Below are positions 56,682-64,000 of a stretch of 64,000 nucleotides of DNA, in pieces. How positions within the stretch are numbered: position 1 is the stretch's first letter; every line of letters begins with the position of its first letter. The notes below the pieces were generated by a model, which was given only the letters and a program-made list of their open reading frames with translations, was not told the origin of the DNA and made no database searches. The position numbers and the translations under genes were made by a program. Origin of the DNA: Planctomycetota bacterium (GTDB lineage Bacteria; Planctomycetota; SZUA-567; H5-PLA8); NCBI GenBank assembly GCA_038227875.1, contig JBBRPR010000009.1:96001-160000 (forward strand). Direction: 5' to 3'.

Positions 56682-57170
56682 TCAATTGCAGATCCAGAAA
56701 ATCGCCGCGACCAACAGCGTCCAGAACATCGCGGCCCCATAATCGGTGATGCCGAAAAGGCCCAGCACACCACCCCTCTCTTTGATGTCCGCTCGCGGTA
56801 CGACCATGACCGCCATCAAGGCTCCGACGAGGTAGATCCCGAACCCCGAGCCCAGAGCACACAGAATCGCGAAGAAGATGCCCTCCAGATCATGGTGCCG
56901 GTGGGAGATCTGGCCTCCAACAAAGCCCATCATTCCACCGACGACGACCGCAAAGGTGATCAGTCCGAAATTGAAGCCTCGCGCAGCGCGCGTTTCGCGA
57001 TTCGCGGTCGCGGTTACCGCCAGTTGCGCCGGCACGGCTTCGGCCTCGGCCAGACACTTCTTACAGACGTGATGATCGGCCAGTTGCACGTCGCAGGCCT
57101 CGCAGATCAGATTTCCGCAGGACGCGCAGTGCAATTCCGCTTGCCGGTCCGCGTGCAGGTAGCAGTTCAT
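56682..57170 (-). CDS. B-box-type zinc finger membrane protein (about three TM)
   Basis: MNCYLH...CASCGNLICEAC...CKKC followed by hydrophobic helices. Confidence 0.75.
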   Translation of the reverse strand: MNCYLHADRQAELHCASCGNLICEACDVQLADHHVCKKCLAEAEAVPAQLAVTATANRETRAARGFNFGLITFAVVVGGMMGFVGGQISHRHHDLEGIFFAILCALGSGFGIYLVGALMAVMVVPRADIKERGGVLGLFGITDYGAAMFWTLLVAAIFWICN

Positions 57171-57461
57171 CGTTGAAATCCCAAGTTCGTATCGACCTCT
57201 ACAATAGACCACGATTGCAAGGCGAATGCCATCAGAAAGTATTCGCTTGGCGCCGTCGCATCTATCGCTCCGGCCATGGTTTGCGGGATTGAATCAGCCG
57301 GAGTGATAGGACGGTGAAACGCGGCCGATTAAAGATTCTTTCCGCGTGAGGTATTAAGAATCTTTAGCCCCCACGCATCAGACCCCCAGGCCCCGAGTTC
57401 TGGGGTCGACGGGAATACGTTCACTCTTGCACCGCCACGCAATCGCGCGAAGATAGGACGC

Positions 57462-58388
57462 GTGAAAACGTCGGTCGTGATTCCCACCTTTAATGGCGGC
57501 GCGGAGATCGGTCCGCTGCTGGCCGCGCTGCGCGCGCAGCAGCCCAGGCCCCCGGACGAAATTCTCGCCATCGATTCCGGCTCGCGCGACAACACTTGCG
57601 AACTGGTCCGCAACGCCGGTGGCCGCGTGATTGAATGGAAAGAGCGCTTCAACCACGGCCTGACGCGCGACGCCGGCATCGCCGCGTCCACCGGCGAGAT
57701 CGTGCTGCTGACGGTTCAAGACGCCGTTCCGCTCAATACCGATTGGCTGGCTCGGATCGTGGCTCATTTTGAGGACGCGAAAGTCGGCGGCGTCAGTTCG
57801 CGCCAGATCCCGCCCGCCGATGGCCCGCTGGAATTGCAGATCAAGGCGAAGCTGGAAGCCGAAGCGATGCCACACCCGGTGCGCCTGAGCTTGAGTGAGC
57901 ATCCCAACTACGCCACGTACACGCCTGCGCAGCGATTGGAACTCTACCGCTTCGACGACGTCTGTTCGGCGCTCCGCCGTTCGGCGTGGGAGAAAATTCC
58001 CTTCGGCCCGTGCCGCTACGCCGAGGATCTGCTCTGGGTGCGTCGTGCGCTGGAGGCCGGCTACACGATTGTGCGCGATCCGCACGCGCCGGTGATTCAC
58101 GCGCACCGCCGGCGCTTCTGGTACGAGCTCCGCCGCGCGCTGCTCGACGCATGGGTGCTCGACGAGGCCTTCGGCTACCGCTACCGCCTCCGCGACAAAC
58201 TCAACCGAGTCACACGCATCGCCGGGTCGAGCGACGGACCGCGGCCGACGTTCGGTTCACGGCTCGGTGCAATGAAAACGTATTCGGCGCACGTCCTCGG
58301 CCGGACGCTTTACAGCACGTACCGCGCGGTCGGTCGTCCGCTGGGGGTGGGGCAGGGGGCGATGGATTGGATGACGCGCGGGATCTGA
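57462..58388 (+). CDS. Glycosyltransferase family 2 (rhamnosyltransferase-like)
   Basis: SVVIPTFNG, IDSGSRD, FNHGLTR, TVQDA, RQIP, AEDL. Confidence 0.88.
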   Translation: MKTSVVIPTFNGGAEIGPLLAALRAQQPRPPDEILAIDSGSRDNTCELVRNAGGRVIEWKERFNHGLTRDAGIAASTGEIVLLTVQDAVPLNTDWLARIVAHFEDAKVGGVSSRQIPPADGPLELQIKAKLEAEAMPHPVRLSLSEHPNYATYTPAQRLELYRFDDVCSALRRSAWEKIPFGPCRYAEDLLWVRRALEAGYTIVRDPHAPVIHAHRRRFWYELRRALLDAWVLDEAFGYRYRLRDKLNRVTRIAGSSDGPRPTFGSRLGAMKTYSAHVLGRTLYSTYRAVGRPLGVGQGAMDWMTRGI

Positions 58389-58499
58389 ACGGAGACATCT
58401 CATTTTGTGATGGTGCCACTGATGCGCGGGCTCTTGAGCGTAGCGAAAGAGTCCGTTCATCCGTGCTAGACGCATTGAACTAGCGGTTCGCTGAAGTGA

Positions 58500-58525
58500 A
58501 CCCTGGCGCAAATTTGCGCCAGGGT
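58500..58525. other. Perfect 26-bp intergenic palindrome
   Basis: accctggcgcaaatttgcgccagggt; its core CGCAAATTTGCG is shared with the palindrome at 15885-15906. Confidence 0.7.
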
Positions 58526-58640
58526 ACAGACTGTTCAAGTTTCGGCACTCTCGTGCCAGCTGTCACGAGGATCATTTTGACCCGCAAGTGATACACCAGT
58601 ACTACAGGCAAATTTGCCTGAGGGTTATCAGGAGCCAACG

Positions 58641-59123
58641 ATGTTCACACTCAAACCCGCGCTCGAATCCGATATCCCGCTGCTGCTCAACTTCATCCGC
58701 GAACTGGCGGAGTTCGAGAAACGCGCGCACGAAGTCGTCGCGACGGAAGCGTTGCTGCGCGAGAATTTCTTCGGCGCGAAAAAATGCGCGGACGCGGTGA
58801 TCGGATATCTCGACGGCCAGCCCGTGGCGATGGGCGTGTACTTCTTTACAATCTCGACGTTTCTCGGGCGGCCGGGGCTTTACGTGGAAGACGTTTACGT
58901 CCGTCCGGAATGCCGCAGCAAAGGACTGGGCAAGGCGATCTTCGAACATCTCGCGCGCGTGGCGGTCGAGCGCGGATGCGGGCGCATGGAATGGTCGGTG
59001 CTCGACTGGAATCAGAAGGCGATCGACTTCTACGACCGCCTCGGCGGCGTGCGGATTGACGAGTGGAAGAAGTACCGCCTGAGCGGCGCGGCGCTAGTGA
59101 AATTAGGCGCTTCGAAAAGTTAA
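58641..59123 (+). CDS. GNAT acetyltransferase (diamine/spermidine N-acetyltransferase-like)
   Basis: IRELAEFEK, STFLGRPGLYVEDVYV, RSKGLGK, RMEWSVLDWN, FY; ATG after GGAG. Confidence 0.9.
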   Translation: MFTLKPALESDIPLLLNFIRELAEFEKRAHEVVATEALLRENFFGAKKCADAVIGYLDGQPVAMGVYFFTISTFLGRPGLYVEDVYVRPECRSKGLGKAIFEHLARVAVERGCGRMEWSVLDWNQKAIDFYDRLGGVRIDEWKKYRLSGAALVKLGASKS

Positions 59124-59246
59124 ATTTAAGAGTGAAAAACAGTGCTTTTATTGCCCTGCTTTGAGTGGCGCGGCGTGGCTATTTCTCGTAGAATTTCAGC
59201 ACCAAATTGGACGTGAAGATTCGTTACGGAGAGCACCCGAAAAACC

Positions 59247-62012
59247 ATGCCACCGCCCACAGATCCGCCCGACGACAGCACCTATCAGACCAACGAATTA
59301 CGCGACAATCACGGCGGCCGAATCGAAAATCTGCTCATCGAAGATGAGCTGAAAGAAAGCTACCTGACGTACGCGATGTCGGTGATCGTCTCGCGCGCGC
59401 TGCCCGATGCCCGCGACGGACTGAAGCCCTCGCAGCGCCGCGTGCTGATGGCGATGAACGACTTGAATCTGGGGCCGCGGTCCAAGCACAGAAAGTGCGC
59501 CAAGATCTGCGGCGACACCAGCGGTAATTACCATCCGCACGGTGAATCGGTGATCTACCCGACGCTCACGCGCATGGCCCAGTACTGGAACACGCGCTAC
59601 ACGCTCGTCGACGGACAGGGCAACTTCGGTTCGGTCAATCCCGATCCGCCGGCCGCGATGCGATACACCGAAGCGCGCATGACCGGTCCCACCGTCGACA
59701 TGTTCGACGATCTGGAACGCGACACCGTAGACCTCGTCCCCAATTACGACGAAACACGCACCGAACCGACCGTGCTGCCGGGCCGCTTTCCCAATCTGCT
59801 CGTCAACGGCGCGCAGGGCATCGCCGTCGGCATGGCCACGCAGATTCCGCCGCACAACCTGCGGGAAATCTGCGATGCGCTCGTTCACCTGATCGAAAAT
59901 CCCGACTGCTCCGTCTACGACCTGATGCAGCACGTCAAAGGTCCGGACTTTCCGACCGGCGGCATGATCTGCGGCCGCGAAGGCATCGACCAGGCCTTCC
60001 AGACCGGCCGCGGGCATTTGACGCTGCGCGCCAAGGTCGAATTCGAAATGGAAAAGGACCGCGAGAAAATCGTCGTCCTCGAAATTCCCTACCAGGTCGG
60101 CTTGACCCGCCTGTGCGAAAAGATCGTCGAAGCGGTGAAGGCCGACCGCATCAAGGGCATCAGCGACGTCCGCGATGAAAGCAGCAAGGAAGGCCTGCGC
60201 GTTGTCGTTGAACTCAAGCGCGGCGAAAACCGCGACGTGGTTTTGAATCAGCTCTACAAGTACACGCCGCTGGAAACGACCTTCGCGGTCAACACGCTGG
60301 CGCTCGTTCGTGGCCGGCCGCGCGTGCTGAACCTCAAGCAGATGCTCGAGCAGTACCGCGAACACCGCAAGGAAGTGATTACGCGGCGCACGCGCTTTTT
60401 GCTCGCGCAGGCCGAAGAACACGCCCACATACTCGAAGGCAAGATCATCGCCGTCGATCACATCGACGAAGTGATCAAGATCATCCGCGCCGCGAAGGAC
60501 GCTGAAGTCGCGCGCGACAACTTGATCGCGCGCTTTGAGCTCACGCCGCGGCAGGCGAAGGCGATTCTGGACATGTCGCTGCGCGCGCTGACGGGCTTGG
60601 AACGCGACAAGCTGAAAACCGAGTACGCGGAAGTGCAGGACCGCATCCGCGACTACCAGTCGATTCTCTCCGACGTCAACCGCGTGCTCGATATCATCAA
60701 AGAAGACCTCTTTGAGATGAAGGAGAAGTACGGCGACGACCGTCGCACGATCCTGGTCGGCGCGGCGGGCGATATTTCCGCGATGGACTTGGTCGCCGAC
60801 GAAGTGATGGCCGTGACCATCTCCCATAAGGGATACGTCAAGCGCGAACCGCTGGCCAGCTACCGCCTGCAATCGCGCGGCGGCAAGGGGATCATCGGCG
60901 CCCGCAGCAAGGACGACGAGGATTTCCCCGAGAACATCTTCATCGCGAGCACGCACGATTACCTGTTGTTCTTCACGAACGACGGGCGCGTGTACTGGCA
61001 GAAAGTGTATGACCTCCCGCAGCTCGGCCGCATGGCGCAGGGGCGCGCGATCGTCAATCTGCTCGAACTAAAAGGTGAGCAGAAAGTGGTCTCGATCGTG
61101 CCGGTCAAGAATTTCGAAGAGGACGCGTCGATCTTCCTCGTCAGCCGCCAGGGCTACATGAAGAAGTGCCGCCTGAGCGAATACAAGAACCCGCGCCGCG
61201 ACGGCATCGCCACGATGGGCTTGGAAGAAGGCGATCACATCATGGCCGCGCGATTCGTGCGCCGCAATCAGGAAGTGGTGCTCTGCACGCGCATGGGCAT
61301 GGCGGTGCGCATCGATGAAACGGTTGTGCGCGACATGGGCCGCACGGCCCGCGGCGTCAACGGTCCGCACCTGCAGGAAAACGACAGCATTGTCAGCGTC
61401 GTCGTCGGCCAGCCTGGCGACTACCTGCTGACGGTCTGCGAAAAGGGCGTGGGCAAGCGCAGCCAGATCGACGAATACCGCAAGACCGGCACGCAGCGCG
61501 CCAAGGGCGTGATCAATGTGAAGATCACCGAGAAGAACGGACCCGTCGTTGCCGTGATCGCCGTGAAGGAAGGCGACGAGCTGATGCTGATGGCCGAAAA
61601 GGGAAAAGTCATCCGCTCGAAGATCGACGACGTCCGCGAAACCGGCCGCAGCGCCATCGGCGTGTACCTGATGGATCTGGAAGACGATGACAAGGTCGTC
61701 AGCGTCGCCAAGATCGCCGCCGAAGACGCCGAAGCCGCTCACGAACAAGCCGCCGCGCGCAAGGCCGAAGAAGCCGACCAGAAGGAACGCGACGGCACGA
61801 CGATCAAGAAAAAGGATAGCTCCGCTGACGCCGAAGCAACTACTCCTGCGGACGAAGCTCCGAAAGTGGAAGGCACTCCCGATCAGGTGAATGATCTGGT
61901 CGACCGCGCCGACGCGGACGCCGAGGCCAAAGAGCAGGAAAAGAAGGCCGCGGAAGAGAAGCAGAAGGAAGAAGAGTCCGGCGAGAAGGAAGAAGGTAGC
62001 GAAGAGAAGTAA
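59247..62012 (+). CDS. gyrA: DNA gyrase subunit A
   Basis: [33 protein letters not shown], GyrA-box QSRGGKG, beta-pinwheel repeats, acidic tail. Confidence 0.97.
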   Translation: MPPPTDPPDDSTYQTNELRDNHGGRIENLLIEDELKESYLTYAMSVIVSRALPDARDGLKPSQRRVLMAMNDLNLGPRSKHRKCAKICGDTSGNYHPHGESVIYPTLTRMAQYWNTRYTLVDGQGNFGSVNPDPPAAMRYTEARMTGPTVDMFDDLERDTVDLVPNYDETRTEPTVLPGRFPNLLVNGAQGIAVGMATQIPPHNLREICDALVHLIENPDCSVYDLMQHVKGPDFPTGGMICGREGIDQAFQTGRGHLTLRAKVEFEMEKDREKIVVLEIPYQVGLTRLCEKIVEAVKADRIKGISDVRDESSKEGLRVVVELKRGENRDVVLNQLYKYTPLETTFAVNTLALVRGRPRVLNLKQMLEQYREHRKEVITRRTRFLLAQAEEHAHILEGKIIAVDHIDEVIKIIRAAKDAEVARDNLIARFELTPRQAKAILDMSLRALTGLERDKLKTEYAEVQDRIRDYQSILSDVNRVLDIIKEDLFEMKEKYGDDRRTILVGAAGDISAMDLVADEVMAVTISHKGYVKREPLASYRLQSRGGKGIIGARSKDDEDFPENIFIASTHDYLLFFTNDGRVYWQKVYDLPQLGRMAQGRAIVNLLELKGEQKVVSIVPVKNFEEDASIFLVSRQGYMKKCRLSEYKNPRRDGIATMGLEEGDHIMAARFVRRNQEVVLCTRMGMAVRIDETVVRDMGRTARGVNGPHLQENDSIVSVVVGQPGDYLLTVCEKGVGKRSQIDEYRKTGTQRAKGVINVKITEKNGPVVAVIAVKEGDELMLMAEKGKVIRSKIDDVRETGRSAIGVYLMDLEDDDKVVSVAKIAAEDAEAAHEQAAARKAEEADQKERDGTTIKKKDSSADAEATTPADEAPKVEGTPDQVNDLVDRADADAEAKEQEKKAAEEKQKEEESGEKEEGSEEK

Positions 62013-62154
62013 GTCGCAAATTCGCGAGTCAGAGCCGAGGGTGGCCCGGTGCAGCCAATTGTTTTTCACCGGACTGCCAGGCGGTACGTGACTATTTGAA
62101 TTGCAATGCCAGATGAAATATCTCAGAGACGTCTAGTCGCGCTTCTTCCGCCTG

Positions 62155-62871
62155 GACCCCAAAGGGGTCCGTTTTCACTAGCGAAGGGCGGCGCAGGATC
62201 GGCGCGAATGCGCCGGTCCTGCGCCGCCCTGGAAAAAAGTACGCCACAATTTTATTGTCCTGAAGGGACAATTTAGGAGGCGCGCCAATGCCGCAATCTC
62301 TCACCAAAATCCTTATTCATATTGTATTCAGTACGAAAGACCGGATTCCGATGATCGACAAGGCTATCGAAACTCAGTTGCATGCGTACATGGCGGCAAT
62401 TTTTCGCGACCTTGATTCACCCATACTGATAATCGGTGGCCGTCCCGATCATGTTCACGTTCTCGCGTCGATGTGTCGAACGCGTGCATTGTCCGACGTC
62501 ATCAAGAAGGTCAAAGGCGAATCGTCAAAGTGGATCAAGACCAAGGGCGATCCGTATCGTCGATTTTTCTGGCAAGCTGGATTTGGCGCATTTTCAGTCA
62601 GCGAATCGCTGGTTGAAAAGGTTGAAAAATATATCCGCGAGCAAGACATCCATCACGACGGTGCCTCATTCAAGAGTGAAATGCGCGGCCTATTTCGCAA
62701 ACACGGAATAGCCTACGATGAGCGATACGTTTGGGATTGAAACCCGTTTATTAAACTGTCCCTTTAGGACAACAGACGGTCGCGGGCCCTTTTACCAGGG
62801 CGGCGCCGAATTGACGCATTCGCGTCAACTCGGCTTGCCCTTCGCTGTTGAAAACGGACCCCGTTGGGGTC
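62155..62871. mobile_element. Y1-HUH transposase locus (IS200-like / REP-associated) flanked by structured inverted repeats
   Basis: The left arm (62155-62275) and right arm (62752-62871) are imperfect reverse complements, each containing three hairpins. Confidence 0.75.
62288..62740 (+). CDS. IS200/IS605-family (Y1 HUH) transposase, RAYT-like
   Basis: HIVFSTK, DHVHVL (HUH), KGESSKW, FFWQAGFGAFSVS, YIREQ (catalytic Tyr); RBS AGGAGG. Confidence 0.92.
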   Translation: MPQSLTKILIHIVFSTKDRIPMIDKAIETQLHAYMAAIFRDLDSPILIIGGRPDHVHVLASMCRTRALSDVIKKVKGESSKWIKTKGDPYRRFFWQAGFGAFSVSESLVEKVEKYIREQDIHHDGASFKSEMRGLFRKHGIAYDERYVWD

Positions 62872-63083
62872 GGAGCGTCGTTCAGCGCCGTACAGTTAGT
62901 GCGGCTATCCTTTGGATGCCACTGTTCATATACTGCCCCACAAAACCTCACTTGTTTTCATTCAAACAATTAAATATCCCACCTTAATAGATGCGATAGG
63001 CTGAACGCTTACTGACCCGCGCACTTTTTTAAAAACAGTCTGTCTCAAAAGCCCTCCGCCGGGATTTAGGCATTGGGTGCAAA

Positions 63084-64000
63084 ATGGTGACGATGACAGC
63101 GACAACTCCATACAACTCCACAGTGAAAGCGCTGGCGCAACTGGCGCGCACACGCGATCCGGATGCCTGGGGCTACCTGCTGCAGCAGCACGGTTTTTCG
63201 ATGCTGCAGGTGGCCGGCCGCATTACCGGAGACGTGGCGCTGGCGGAAGATGTCTGCCAGGAAACGCTGCTGCAGTTGCGCGATTTCGCGGGCAAGTTTA
63301 AGCCGCGGGAGAGCGATCCGGAGGGTTCGGCGCGCGCGTGGATTCTGCACGTGACTTGCAACACCGCGCTGAAACTCAAGCGCAGTCGGCAGCGCGCGCA
63401 ACATCACCACAGCGAGGCCGCGCAGATGCAGACCGATCCGGCAGCACAGCAACAGCAGAACGCCGCCCGCGAGAAACTTGCAGCCGCTGTCCGCGCCGAA
63501 CTTCAGCAGCTTCCCGAAGCCTTCCAGCAGCCGCTCGCCTTGCGTTATTACGGCGGCCTGGATGTCCGTGACGTCGCCGGTCAACTGCGGCTCTCGGAAG
63601 AGGCCGCGCGCAAACGCATCAGCCGCGGACTTGAGCAGCTCCGCAAGCGCCTGGCGCTGCTGGGGCTCACGCTGGCCGAGGCCGAACTCGTGGCCCTCTG
63701 TTCGGCGGAAATCGCAGAAGCCGCCGGAACCGCCGGACACCTGTCGCTGTCATCGCATCATCTTGCCCAGTGGAAGGGCTTACTCACAAGCCCGCAACAC
63801 GCGGCGCTCAACGCGCTGGCGTCAACTGGAGGCATGACTGTCATGGCCAAATGTGCAATCGGGATCACCGCGCTGGTACTCGCCGGCGTAGTGGGAATTC
63901 AGGCTCGAAAAACGTGGACCAGCGAAACACCGGCGGCGCCCGCTGCGATCCAGACTCAGATCATCGCCGATGCTGCGCCGCAAGTGACGACGACGTTGAC
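63084..64000 (+). CDS. ECF sigma-70 factor with C-terminal TM extension; runs off the window end
   Basis: Not in the ORF track (no stop). Manual translation gives RDPDAWGYLLQQH...LAEDVCQETLL...AWILHVTCN...LPEAFQQPLALRYYGGL...AARKRISRGLEQLR, then TM CAIGITALVLAGVVGI. Confidence 0.85.
   Translation, partial: MVTMTATTPYNSTVKALAQLARTRDPDAWGYLLQQHGFSMLQVAGRITGDVALAEDVCQETLLQLRDFAGKFKPRESDPEGSARAWILHVTCNTALKLKRSRQRAQHHHSEAAQMQTDPAAQQQQNAAREKLAAAVRAELQQLPEAFQQPLALRYYGGLDVRDVAGQLRLSEEAARKRISRGLEQLRKRLALLGLTLAEAELVALCSAEIAEAAGTAGHLSLSSHHLAQWKGLLTSPQHAALNALASTGGMTVMAKCAIGITALVLAGVVGIQARKTWTSETPAAPAAIQTQIIADAAPQVTTTL

Noticed and set aside
1..64000. rRNA, tRNA, prophage or integrase genes
   Set aside because: None recognised by eye. 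Intergenic gaps are short and show no cloverleaf or phage hallmark, but a tRNAscan/Infernal run would be needed to exclude small RNAs.

Overview
GC-rich bacterial chromosomal window. A Planctomycetota/PVC-like origin is my inference from ECF sigma factors with long TM-containing C-terminal extensions, a PQQ-like propeller protein, a secreted squalene-cyclase-fold protein and a Zn-ribbon Ser/Thr kinase. Housekeeping content: a reduced dcw cluster (mraY-ftsW-murG-murC-murB-ddl), a phosphate uptake locus (pstS, fused pstC-pstA, pstS), ino1, rnr, prc and gyrA. The five most interesting observations follow. (1) A tightly coupled four-gene operon (50701-53992) encodes a Rad50/SbcC-type ATPase split into separate polypeptides. 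The N-half carries Walker A and ends in a CPTC zinc hook; a small coiled-coil protein and a C-half with signature/Walker B follow, and an Mre11/SbcD-type nuclease gene sits between the pieces. (2) A six-gene cluster (40758-47461) combines an ECF sigma factor, a ThiF adenylyltransferase, a FeeM-type N-acyl amino acid synthase and a DevBCA-like ABC exporter, a candidate lipoamino-acid signal or natural-product system. (3) A four-helix-bundle (IVP/bAvd-like) gene inside the dcw operon is bracketed by near-perfect 46-bp inverted repeats built of GGGGTCA heptamers, with empty and solo copies elsewhere that follow transcription polarity. (4) A 787-aa protein fuses a nicotinamidase-like domain, a kinase and a CX5R phosphatase. 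(5) A Y1-HUH transposase is flanked by structured inverted repeats showing compensatory changes. All calls come from motif reading only; no database searches were run.
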